This document shows, piece by piece, positions 10,974-23,274 of a stretch of DNA of 64,000 nucleotides. The notes below the pieces were generated by a model, which ran no database searches, was not told the origin of the DNA, and saw nothing but the letters and a program-made list of their open reading frames with translations. The translations under genes and the position numbers were made by a program. The DNA comes from Hydrolagus colliei (lineage: Eukaryota). How positions within the stretch are numbered: position 1 is the first letter of the stretch; each line of letters begins with the position of its first letter. Where the stretch lies: the NCBI GenBank assembly GCA_035084275.1, contig CM068757.1:5208001-5272000 (forward strand), in the 5' to 3' direction.

Positions 10974-11215
10974 AGGTTTGATTTTGCAGTTTTTCTTAAT
11001 GGATTTCTTAATTAAGAAATTCAGTAACCCATGATATTGACTCATGGGAACACCACTCAAACTCAATCTATTTTTGGAGAGGGCTTCCCTTGAGATGGAG
11101 CGATGTGCATGATATACATCCAGTTGATGGGAGGAGTTCCAGTTCAGAGTTCCTCGTCAAGGAATCCATTTCTTAATTAAGAAATCTATTAAGATATGCT
11201 GTAAAAATTGAACCT
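10974..11215. mobile_element. MITE-like element with ~47-bp inverted termini (PIF/Harbinger-like ends)
   Basis: Left aggtttgattttgcagtttttcttaatggatttcttaattaagaaat versus reverse complement of the right end aggttcaatttttacagcatatcttaatagatttcttaattaagaaat. No clean TSD seen. Confidence 0.75.
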
Positions 11216-13529
11216 CAGGGTCTTTGGGGGTTATGCTGCATGGTTAGCTTTTATATCCCAAATCACTCTCTCTGTTGGTTCAAATGGAGGGCCACTCTTA
11301 GATAATTTATTTGTTTGTTTGACGCACACACTGCCTCATGTTCTGCAGTCCATTTACTCTTCACATGTGTTCCTTAGGAAAATAACAGTAAACATTCAAA
11401 GCTCCCCTTTGCATAGCTATAATACATACATGTTTGGGCAAATTAATGCTTCTCTTTTCGATTATCTACTGTGTTACAATAGCCACCAATGTTACTTATT
11501 AGATATGGCTACCAAAAAAGGCAATCAATAATCTTAGCTGCACACTACATTCAGCTATTAATACGGCAAGGAAACAGAACTTTTTGAAGTATACCATAAG
11601 TTGCATGTTGCTCCCATTTACCATCAACAGCATGTTATTAAGGTTGAATTCCTTGTTTGAACCTGCCATTCATCACTTAATTGGCCATGTAATAAAATCT
11701 CGTCTCGATAATTCAAATTGACATGTCTGTTTTCTGATCGCAGTCAAACACAAAAGATGGCATCAGCCAGTTCAATTCTGCACCAACTTTACCCCTATTG
11801 TTTAAAGGCTTTCTACAGCTTCCTCGCTTGACAAATTCTGCCATTCTTAAAAGGATTTGCATTGTTAAAAATGTAGTGGACTTGATCTCTGCTACATTCT
11901 TTCCTGTTTTTAGTGCACTCCTTTCATTTTGGTTCACATTCTGTGATTGAAGTTGGACAATAGTCTTCAGTAGATCGTGTACATTCAGACTTGAGATCAC
12001 AGGTTTCACTTGGCAGGTTTCGAAACCTACACGCAGATTAAAGTTTACGATGCAATTAATAGACATTGGTGTACAATGCAATTCAATGGTTAAATGAAGA
12101 TACAGAGAAAATGTTTGACAGCATAATGCTTGCAATATTTTGATAGGTGGTGTGATTTGTTAAAGCATCATGGAGTCTTTTTCCAAGAAGAGAGTCATAT
12201 CCTTCAGCACTGAAATTCTGCCCAGAAGAGCTTCACATGCACTTTGCTAGATGTTGATAAGCTGGAATAAATGGCAATTGTATTCGTACAGGAGTTGGAC
12301 TTCATTAAATTGGTAAATCTGCTTAACCTGGCTGTCTGTCAAAGCAGTTGTACATATTACCCATACATCTTCTAGATCAGGAGAAAATTTTATTGCATAC
12401 AGCAATTTTTTGTCAGTCTATTTTCTTGCTTAAAGGTAATTTGTACATTCGCACAAAATTTAATTTAGCTCAAACTCTTTTGTACTGAATAATAAATGAA
12501 AATAGTTATTATTTTCGTGAATAATGCAAATAAATATTTGTTAGTTTTGTACATTCTTATAATTCTTTACAGTACCCATTAGATGTTGCAATGTTGCAAA
12601 AGACAAATTGTGATTATGGAATCTATGAAGCTCATTCAATGGTTGAACATTTTGTCAGTCTTTCTACAGCTTGGTTTCAAACCAAACATAATCCTTGCAA
12701 GCCTTTGGTCCTGAAATGGCACACTGTTTATCGTTGATTCCAGTTGTGGTTCTAATTGCAAAGATCAGTCACGATGCTGCTCTCGGTATTTCTTTACTTG
12801 TTACCATGGTGGTGACCATTATTTTGTGCCTGAATTGCTCATGGACACATTTAAAGTCCCCTCACCAGTAATAAAACATCCGTAATCCATTAAACTTTAT
12901 AGACTATCAGATAAAAGCCAATATCTATTTTAACTGAGCTAACATTAAAATGCCATTTATTTACCCAATGATAAATTCTTCTACGATACCGACCATCAAA
13001 ATGCTCCACCATCACTCAATCAATGTTTAGCATTAAATACCATTAATCGACTAGTGTATGGGTCAGATGCCTTGGTTTGCTGTTGCAGAGGGTGAGGAGG
13101 CGATGGCTTGTAACTGGTATGAGGCTGCAGTAGAAACTGCATCGATCAGGGTAATGTTTTACATGAGGCCTCACCATTGTGCTGCTAACTTGTAGTACAC
13201 CTGACCTGACCCAGCCAGCACTGGTAAGAGCTGTCACTAGGCAGCCGACAGAGAATAGTTTCTGCTCCAGCAATCTGTCAATCCTTTCTCTGGAGAACTG
13301 GTGGCTGCCCAATTATAGAAAATAGAGAATTCCTCCCAATAAATTTCCTTAATCCCCATGAAACCAGCGAATGCGTTTCCACGATTTAAAATTAAATGGG
13401 GGACATTCCTTATCACATTGTCAAGGCATTTTTACAACTCAAGAGATGGAAAGAAACAGCTGGCCCACACATTACAAAATTAATGCTCAGTCAATTCATC
13501 ACAATGACCCAGGTCAGCCTGGTTTAATC

Positions 13530-13650
13530 GATGGCTCAATTGGTAACAATCTCGCATCTGAATCATTGAGCCCAATGTCAGAATTGTACGGTCTGTTTTG
13601 ACACTCTAAAGCAGTGCTGCATTTGGATGAGACATTAAACTGAGGTCCTT
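13530..13650 (+). mobile_element. Decayed DeuSINE head fragment
   Basis: ggctcaattggtaacaatctcgcatctgaatca...gcagtgctgcatttggatgagacattaaactgaggtcc. Confidence 0.55.
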
Positions 13651-15284
13651 GTTTAACTGTTCTGCTACCTTTGTTTCGCTCTCTCTTTTTACCCTGAAGT
13701 ACTCCCTCTGTCTCCTATTTACAACCACTCTTCTGAACTATATTTGTCTGTCTCCCCTTCTTAGGTTCCTAACTATTAGTTTCCAACTCCATTAAAAAAA
13801 ACTCCAACTCATTGTTTCCCAGAAGTTCAAGACAATAATAATCCTTACCTCCCTTACTACAGTAATTGGAGATTTTCAAAACTCAAGTCTCGATCACCTA
13901 ATGATAATAACTACTCAATTTATCTCCCCCATTCCCCCAACTAATTTCACTGTGGTGGATTTCCCTGGGCTACATGCTTTGACCATTCACCAAGATTCTC
14001 TGATTGTACTCTTGTTTGTAAAATTGATGCGATTCGATCTCCAAGGTGCTGTTTTTTCAACAGTTTAAAAAAAGATGAACAATGACAGCCTAGTTTGACA
14101 TAACATTAAGATGAACATTGGCCACCCGATCCAGCCAGCATTGCTAAGAGCCATCACCAAATACTTCAAAGACAACAGTCTGTTCCAGCTATCTATCCAT
14201 CATGTCTCTCAGTGGAGTAGAGAATTGGTTACACCCAATTAGAGACAATCCAATTGTGAGGGGGTAAAAATTCACTAATCTACTGGGTGCCAGTGTAATA
14301 GGTTTGCAGAGCTGAAAATCAGGTGGTATAAGGAAGTTGCATTCACACATCCTATGTGAAGTTCGGCAGACAGATTCACAGATTAACTCCCTTTGGGAAA
14401 GAGGTCAAGAAGGTTCACGTGAAAGATGCATTCAGAATGGGGAAGAAATGTTTTTTGGTGTATTCCTTCTGGTCTCCGACTCTGAAAGCAGCTGCCTGTT
14501 AGCATTAATTACTATTCTGAAATGTCCACTAGTTCGCTTAGAACTGGCTTTCTCTTGGCAAATAAACAGTATAATTGCACGGGAAAGATTGTTTCTTTTC
14601 ACTCTGCTGGCTTTTAAGGATCCCAAGTGAAGGGCAATTTCATTCCTGTTCCCACTGGGTACAACAGTTCACAGCACAGATCCATCCTCCACTGCCACAC
14701 TAATTTGAATTAATTTGGCAATCATTTATAGAGGTCATTACGGTGGAGTGCTTTGGAAAGGAAATGTCACCCTGATGTTTAAAGAGGTGATGGGGGCTGC
14801 TTCTCTCAGGAGGCTCTGTGTGGCATAAGGCTCATGTCACACCTGATGGTGTGCAATAGTATTTAATGTGGGCACAGAACACAAAATGGAATCATTCAGT
14901 TCCGCATCAGTGTTGTCTCTGAATCTAATGAGCATCGATGCTCTGAATTCCAAAAGCAAAATCAGAACCAACCTTTCTGGAAAGAGTAATAGAACAGCCC
15001 CTGAGCAGAGCATGCAAGTGGAATGAGAATATCCACCAAATCAGTGCTACGAGCCGGCAGATTCCATACAGAATGAAAAGCTGTTCGAGACTTGGGCCAG
15101 GCAATAAAGTCATGTTATTATCTGATCTAATTCCCTTTGAAGGCTAATTCTGAACTTTGCCTCAACAGATTGTGCCTGAGAAGTGCACATTACATCCACC
15201 CTCTGGGTAAAGAATAATTGTTTCTAAACCTTCCCTTTAATTTGTGATCTTTTTAAAAAGAAATCTTTCACTGGTAATTGGAGA

Positions 15285-15450
15285 TTATAATAATAATCAT
15301 AATCCTTGTGTTTGATATCATGCCTTATCACATCTTCGAGATGTCTCAAAGCGCTTCAGGGAATATACTTGTAAAGTGAATTTACTGAATATTTTGCAGG
15401 TGAAACATTGCAGCCAATTCCACACGTGGATTGAGTGACCAAATTATTAT
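15285..15450 (-). mobile_element. SINE 3' half
   Basis: Reverse complement matches the Deu-like region and tail of the copy at 32587 (ttggtcactcaatccacg...aaggattat). Confidence 0.85.
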
Positions 15451-15831
15451 AATATATTTTTTGGAAAGATTACTACCACCTACAATGTGAATGCACACAA
15501 GGAGATGAATTTTATAGAATTCCTGTTGGAATAAAACCAATCTGCAACGTTCTTGAAATCAGTCCCTTAATCTCCCCCCTAAACTCTGTAAATTAATCAT
15601 CCATCACATGGTGCTAACTTTAACATCTGCCCTTGTTAGTTTTCTCTGACTGTACCAGAATCTAATTTTGCCTAATCTAATATCAAACAAAACAACGACC
15701 ACTGGACTACTGGTGGTTTCGGAGGAGTCCTGTTTAGAGCAGTGCAGTGCACCGTAACTGTACACAGTGCAGTGTAAATGCTTGGTAGATTCATAGCTGA
15801 TTCTCCCAGGTTATAGTTGTCTTAAATCTTA

Positions 15832-16253
15832 ACAATTATTACGTTTGATACAGTCTCATCACATGGTCAAAATGTCTCAAAGACCTTCAAAGGATACACC
15901 ATACTTTATACACTGTAAGCAAATGCGACAGCCAATTTTGCTCATGGCATGGTCCATGAACAACCATGAATCAAATAAATAATTCTGTCTGTAGGATGGA
16001 TGGCCAGCACACCTGCAGAAAATCCCTTCTCGTCTCGCGTAGCATCACAGCATCTTTAATGTCCACCTGATCAGGCAGACTGGATCCTCGGTTCACATCT
16101 CATCTGAAAGGTGGCACCTCTGACAGTGCAGCACTCCCACAGACCTGAATTGGAGGATTAGCCGAGAGTTTGAGCTCAAACTTCCGATATGGCGCCTAAA
16201 CCCACAACATTCTGACTCAGAGGCGAGACCACCACCAGCTGAACTGAGCTGGA
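15832..16253 (-). mobile_element. Near full-length old DeuSINE
   Basis: Tail, Deu domain (gtccacctgatcaggcagac...cctcggttcacatctcatctgaaaggtggcacctctgacagtgcagcactccc) and tRNA-like head (aacccacaacattctgactcagaggcgag...aactgagc) in order on the minus strand. Confidence 0.85.
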
Positions 16254-16889
16254 CTGGCAACTGATGTCAGACCCTCTGACAGATTCAGTGCATGCATAAC
16301 TATAGTCTTGCAACATTGAAGGGTAGCCTCGGTCACACATTTTACCATCAGATTACGCTCCATAGGTCTGGGTCTAGTGCAGGACGTCACTGCAACTCAA
16401 ACATGTGGAACCTGTTTAAATTCCACGTGAATCGAGTCATTCACTTGGCATGTAATGTTTTGCCACATGTTGTGCCTTTGTGCCTTCAACCACTCAGACT
16501 TGCCAAACTGTGCACTACCCTCACATTGCATATTCCTGGGCCTGTCTTAGGCTCCAATAGATTCAATTACTGTTACATCTTATTTGGACCTGTTTTACAC
16601 ATGGCTTGGCTTTCTACTGAACTGAAACCTTATCATCCTTGACTCCGGGTGAAGGAGAACAGTTCTCACTTCGGTACACGTGGTTTAAGGTATCGCAAGC
16701 AGCAGCAGTACTATCTGACCATTGACTTAACACACCAAATAACATTTTACTCAAATCAGTTTCCACATGACTAGGTGCAGCATGTTATACTGAAGAGAAG
16801 TTTATCACCGCCTTCTGCCCTGTTGCAGCTCAGAGCATTCAACACATAACTTAATGTGACTTCCACCGGTCCAAAAATAAATTTAAAAA

Positions 16890-17038
16890 ATAGAGGAATT
16901 AGGGGATATGGGCACAGGGCAGGTAATTAGAGTTAGGTCAGAAGATCAGCTATGATCTTATCAAATGGCGGGGCAGGCTCGAGGGGCTGAATGGCCTACT
17001 CCTGCTCCTAATTCTTATGTTCTTCTTATGTTCTTATA
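16890..17038 (+). mobile_element. CR1 LINE 3' UTR end
   Basis: gatcagctatgatctt...ggcggggcaggctcgaggggctgaatggcctactcctgctcct followed by a (ttcttatg)n tail. Same family as 50260-50420. Confidence 0.88.
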
Positions 17039-18782
17039 TTGTGCATTGGAAACAGTTACCTTTTCTCAACTGAAAGCCAGTTTATTGGCCTCATGGCAGC
17101 TGGCAGAAGAGCATGTCTTGGTGTAAGACTGATTTTAGTCATTCAGGTTTAGAGGCTGATTATTACAATGGATATTTAAAAGATAGATACGTGGAAGTTG
17201 GGGTAAAGGCAGGCACATTCGATTAAAACTTCTGCAATGATCTAATAAGATGACAGACAGGTTGGAATAGCCTCTCTCTATTCCTACCTATCAAAGCCAT
17301 TTTCTAAAATGCAATCATTCAGTTTGGCACTGCAATAGGGACTAGTATTAGAGTGACTTATAACGGCATGGAAAGAAGCTGTTCAGCTTGACTAGTCCCA
17401 CTTTTTATCATCCACATGAGCCTCTATTCCTAATCCCCTCTCTCATACCTCTCTATTCTCTTCTCCCTCATGCGTGTATCAAGTTTCCAGTTAAATACTT
17501 TAGACAGACAGCTCAGAGTTCCATCTGAAGACTTGTTTCCCCATTAAGCATTGTAAGCTTAGCAGTATCCCCTCATGGCCTCCAATCAGACACCAACAAA
17601 CCTGAGGTACACAATAATATCCTGTCTGATGGAACGGCCAATAATCTGAAATAACAACTCCGGACATCTCACATCCGGACACAGCAGAAACTCTCCTTTA
17701 TTTTCCTCCCCTTTGTTCACTTCTCTTTCTCTTCACACCTGGAAAGCTGCTTGCGGGTCTCTTGCCATTGTTTCTACGCAGAAGTGCCAAACCTGCCTTA
17801 CCTCACTTTCCCCAGCAATGTGGATGGGATCAGGAACTCCCCCTTCTGGACACTGTGCAAAAGTGTGTATTCATTGCTGTGGTTTCAAAAATGTGAGGCT
17901 TCCACACATATGCTGGCACACTTGCTCAATTGCTCAGGCGCAAGTGCATACTCATTAGCACACACACACACACACATGCAAACATACACACATACACTCA
18001 TAACACAGCAATGTCATCGCTCTATTAATTTGACGTGAGTTGAATTTCGCTCCGTGATATCAACTCTGGTCCACACCAGTCTGTCTAAGGAAGAAATGGT
18101 AGTACTGGCAAAGAGGTATTAGTCACTACCATGGTTTTTGTGAGGCTTTTTTCTTTTGGTTAAGGGTGCACAACCATGGGAAATGAACACTGTGAGATAT
18201 TAATCATCGGCTTAGTCACCAGCCTTTGTAAGCAATATTCAAAATGTTTAGATGTTTTTATTTCCCTCCAGTGAGCATCTGCTGTCAGGCATGTGACGCA
18301 TTTGATAACAGCAACGAATTAACATGTCATGTTTTAAAAAGCATGCAAAAGGCATTTCAATTCAGTTGATCCTGTTTGTGTGATGGTTGAGGAACAAATC
18401 AAACCTTCAGGTCTTCCCATTCTTTTGGATTTGTACTATAGCGGAAGATTAGAGCAACCCTTGGAGAATCTCCTGTGAAGCACGTTTCAGTCGAGATTTC
18501 AGGGTCGTTTGCTTCTGAACTGCCTTTAGGTTTGTATTATTATTCGTCGTATTATTATTATTACTGAGCCTTTTGTGTTGTGCCATGGTTGTCTAAACAT
18601 GGGCGTGAGTCTATTTGAGAAAGCTTCAGGACACCAAAATCAGACTTGTGAGGCAACACGCAGCACGTTCAACAATTAGATAGGGCTTCCTGCACCCAGC
18701 ACACTGAGCATACAGTGTGTCTGCCTGCCAAGCTCGGGTTGCCATGTTCTTACTGCAGGTCAGGGGAAGGTTTGCACCTAAC

Positions 18783-18892
18783 ATCAATCAATCAATCAAC
18801 CAATCGGTCGGTCAGTCAGTCAGTCAGTCAATCAATCAAAACTTACATTTATGTAGCACCTTTCACGTTGAGTGGACGTCCCAAGGCGCTGA
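18783..18892 (-). mobile_element. L2 tail with compound (TCAA/TCAG)n microsatellite
   Basis: (tcaa)n(tcgg)2(tcag)n(tcaa)n directly abuts aaacttacatttatgtagcacctttcacgttgagtggacgtcccaaggcgctg. Confidence 0.85.
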
Positions 18893-19479
18893 AAGTGTCT
18901 TCACACATGTGAAGATATGTGAACATAGAAAGTGTCTCCACACATGTGGCTTTAGACAGGTACCCTTGTATTCACATTTCTGTCGCTGTCTGGTATTCTG
19001 GCGTGAAACATAAACTGGGCCGGGTCCAGGCACCATTAGTCTCAGTTATTTGAAAACGAGGTCCCAAGTAGTCAGCCAGCAAAATACAATGTTAGAGTTG
19101 GATTGGTGCACATCCAACAGCATTGGTACCTAGGAGTGGAAGCATTACAGATCTCTGTCACTTCAATCCACCCACTCTATTGGTTGCTAAATTCAACGGA
19201 TATAACACTTAAGGAGCAGTTCCCATGATGAGTCAAAGTAAAAGCATTCCTGACAGTTGGGTGAGCTTTCAGCCACTTTCGTCTCTGCTCCCTGGAACTG
19301 TCTCCTACATTATCGCCACCCTGAACTCTCCTTCCCTGCCTGCTAATAGCAGAAATATGATTTGTTGTTGTTATTGGACAAGATTTCCAATATTCACAAA
19401 CTGGAAGTGGCATTTAACACAGCAAATCTGGTTTGTGAATCTTGCTGAGTGATTCCTTTAAAGGCTTGGTGTGCTAATC

Positions 19480-19543
19480 CAGCGCCTTGGGACGTCCTCC
19501 CGATATGAAAGGCATTCTATAAATGTAATTTTGTTGTTGTTGT
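19480..19543 (+). mobile_element. Short L2 3' tail
   Basis: cagcgccttgggacgtcctcccgatatgaaaggcattctataaatgtaattttgttgttgttgtt. Confidence 0.88.
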
Positions 19544-21411
19544 TAATTCAGACTAATGCAGTGTTATAATGATCTAACAAGTAACTTATTGGACAACGGA
19601 ACATCCAGAGTTCACATCACTTGTGTTACATTATATTGAGGCAACATTAGGTTAAATTTGTGGTGCTATGGTGAAAGTCTGTTTTATTATCAAAAGGAAC
19701 TAATTTAAAAAAACACCATTGAGAGGGAGAGGAAAATATTGGGGAGAACTGGGAAAGGGATGTCTAACAAAGAGATAGACCCAGATTGTTAAACTATCCT
19801 TCTCCTTCGGAAGTTATTGACCTGCACTGCAGTGATAAACGTTTCTGCCTTTTTGAATACTGTATACTTCCATTCACCCTGGAGAAGTGTGGGCAATGCA
19901 CAAAATGGCTTCTCTATTTAACTGGAATACACAATCTCCCATCGTCATTTATTTCTAAAGAAAACCTATTCTACTAAGTGCACAATGCGAGCTATTTTCA
20001 TTTCATTTTGCACTCCATGTACACAATCTGGTATGCTCAGTGGCATTCATTCTGTTCCTCCAAATTGCAAAGCTGTTCATTCCATTGCATATGAACACCT
20101 CATTCTTTGCTAACTACTGTACTTTTTAGCCAGTGTAATGGATGCATAATTTTCATAAAAATTAGCTTTACTATTCTGTTGAATATTCTGCTAAGCATTA
20201 CTATTTAATATTAGAAAAGTAGAATTTCAGTTGTAAGCTTAAGAAGGAACTGCAGTTTTTTTTATCTTTTGCATACAGAAAGATAAATTCTACTTACTTT
20301 GAATGGCTATTTGCGGTGTCAGCCTCTGTCTATTATGGCATAAAATGAGATTTATTTGCGGTATAATAATTGAAACATGGGCCTTCAATTGCAGCCTGCA
20401 TTTAAGATAGAATGAGCAAAGGATCCACAACTGTCTGATCGATCTGTGCTTTTTGATGATGCCAGCAGTGAAAGTGAAGCATGCTGTCAATTCTTTTCCT
20501 TCTACAGATCTTGATTAGCCCTCAATACAAGTGTTCTAATAATCTTTGCTAGTTCTTCAACCTTACAAAAGTAAGTACTTTAACCTTGACCTCTGGAGGA
20601 GAAATTCATGACAGTTGTTAAAAGTTCCCTGTCAAGTTCAGTTAGACCTGCAATGAGAATAAATGTTCGCAGCCAGATAAATTGGATGTTCCTTCAGTCG
20701 TATGGGAGCTACTGTATGTCTTTGCAATCTCATGTGTTTCCATCCAATCCATTATTGGTTTACAGGACCATGACTGTGATAGGAATCAAGGCAGCTAGAC
20801 TTAATGCCATGTGATTAAAGGATGCAAGGATGCAGATTCCCTGTGCTTGCAAAGCAAATATTGCATAACTGAGTATATGACCGAGGCTGCATTAGTAAGG
20901 AAATAAAATGGATGTTTCAAATATGTTCTAACCATTAGGATTACCCTGTTTGCCATTGTACTCTTACCTTTCCTTTGTCCCTTATGTCTAATAGAGAAAC
21001 CATCCATTTGAATATGTAATACAGTATAGGTAATTATAATTAGCGTATTTATAATAGGAGTCCTATAGGCATAGACTATGGGAGTACTGCGGGCATTTAT
21101 AATCTGCCTCGGGATATTTAAATGGAATGCAAAGCTCTTGTGGGAACGATTGTTGTCAGTGTAAGTGAAATATCACCCTTTCTGAAATATTGACTCTTGT
21201 GCCAAGAAAGAATGATATTTAAACATGAACTGATAGAAGCAAATGCACCTGCAACCATGAAACCTCCTGGGTGTGACCACTGAAGCTGATAGGCTCATGC
21301 AACTGCATGTGGTCTGAGGCAATGAGAGCGTCCTATGCTGTTGTGACTCATGTGACATGTGGTCTCACACGCTCTGGCCGGGCTTCACTCCACTCCGAAC
21401 ACCCATTGAAA

Positions 21412-21650
21412 TCTATTTACCTCGGACCCCGGTTGTTGGACAATAGGTGGATCACTTTCCGGGGGTAATACTAGTTCAAGGAAAAAAACTTATTGGTGAC
21501 TTCAATCCATGACGCTGTGTGACACTGCTTTGCACAATTCACCCAAAAGATAGACATTCAATATACTTTACAATATCTTATGTGAAGCATTTTGAGATGT
21601 CCCGAAGACATGATATGGCATTATATCAAAATGCCCCAATTATTATTATT
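21412..21650 (+). mobile_element. SINE, long form, head missing and decayed
   Basis: Contains the long-form internal segment (tttacctcggaccccggttgtt...gatcactttccgggggtaata), the Deu-like part and the tail. Confidence 0.7.
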
Positions 21651-22004
21651 GTTGTAGTTACGTATGTCCATTCACATTCATAATTGGTTCATACTTCCTT
21701 TGGCCATAACTCTGCTAAGATATTAAGATGAATTGCGCTCAGTTATGAGTCAAAATTGTTTGGTTGAGATTTGTACTCTTTAAATTTCCTTGAATTATCT
21801 ACTGTTAGCATTTTTTTTAAGGGAAAGGGACAAGGAAAGTTATAGAGCAAAGAAGAGCATATGGAACTCATGTGTGAGTACAATCCAGAAGACATTTGTA
21901 TGAACACATGTCAATTTTGCTGTTAAACGGGTGTCTGTCTCTGTTCTGTACAGCAGTGTATTAATATGCAAACGATTCTTCAACCGTAATGAGGAACATT
22001 CAGA

Positions 22005-22230
22005 TCCTAGGAATTACACAGAACATTATAGCACAGAAATGGTTCATTCAGCACGACCACACCTAATTTCCTTATACAGTTTACTACACCCCTCTATTCT
22101 CCATACTATATGCATCAAGTTTCCTCTCAGTGTCTTGATGCTTTCTGCTTCAACCAAGGCAATAAGTTCTGAATTCTCATCACCTATACAATAAATATAT
22201 TCTTCCTAAACGCTCTTTTAGATCTGCCAC
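22005..22230 (-). mobile_element. Decayed CR1 3' end
   Basis: cacagaacattatagcacagaaatggttcattcagc...ctgcttcaacca...ttcttcctaaac follows the pattern of 7117-7375. Confidence 0.5.
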
Positions 22231-22978
22231 TATCTTATATTTATGACGACAGAATGTTTAATGTTACTTCCTTTTATATCCGCATTTCCTCCTTTGCATT
22301 GCGCTCCACACACATTTCCTTGATGTTACTATATTTCCCAAATATAAAATAATAATCTTTGCATTTGATATAGCGTCTTATCGTGTCTTTGAGACATCTC
22401 AAGCGCTTGCATTAATCTTATTGCTTGCAGTGCATATATAAGATAGGCAACAACTACTCTGCACTATCTACTTCCATTTTTAACAATGTGTCAAACTGTG
22501 CATCTGGAAGGAGGGTACGCTCATTGATATGCTGGTTGGAATTTGGTCTTTCAGCACCTGACAGTTTAGATGGAGTGAAACAGGCTGACGGATAAATACA
22601 TAAGAATAAGTAAAATGGAGCACAAGAGACTGACAGATCACACAGATTACAAGTGAAACCAGGGGTAATTCTACATCCCATACTGGCTTGCTTCCCTGTT
22701 TGTGGAATTGTTTTTACACACACACAGACTGGCTGGCTCCAGGCAGTTTCATTAATGGTCTGTAACAATGCAGGAAGCTCACCTTCAACAATTAACAAAG
22801 ACATAAAGAGAAACTGAAGATCCAGAATTTATTTTCTGTATCTGCTCTCATTGTAATTGATTTGGCCATCTGGAAAAATATGGATTATTCCAGTCAAATG
22901 AATTTAATTCTACAAATTACGTGGCAGACTACAATGCATAGACAATGCATCACATTGAATACAATTTAAATTTATTTA

Positions 22979-23274
22979 ATAATAATAATCCTTGCTTTTG
23001 ATATAGTGCTTTTCATGTCTTCTAGATGTCTCAAAACGCTTCACAAAACATACTGTAAATTGGATTTGACTGTATATATGTGGGCGAAACGCGGCAGCCA
23101 ATTGAGCTCAGTAGTGTCCCACAAATGGTTATAGATTGAAATGACCGAGTTTTTTTTATTATTATAAATTATTATCAGGCGTGTGGAGTAAGGAAACCTG
23201 CCCTCTGCTTGGAATCGAACCCGGGTCTCTCGCTTGTAAGGCAAGTGCTCTAACCACTGAGCTATAGTACTCCA
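22979..23274 (-). mobile_element. Full-length tRNA-derived SINE, short form
   Basis: Reverse strand reads tggagtactatagctcagtggttagagcacttgccttacaagcgagagacccgggttcgattccaagc (intact A and B boxes), then CORE-like, Deu-like and tail segments. Confidence 0.93.

Noticed and set aside
13278-13300. aggattgacagattg on the minus strand resembling 18S rRNA
   Set aside because: Only ~15 nt with no flanking rRNA similarity; it lies within the unclassified repeat.
23200-23274. Possible tRNA gene (also at 32587, 43247 and 51117)
   Set aside because: The A/B boxes are SINE heads continuing into SINE bodies, with no paired acceptor stem.
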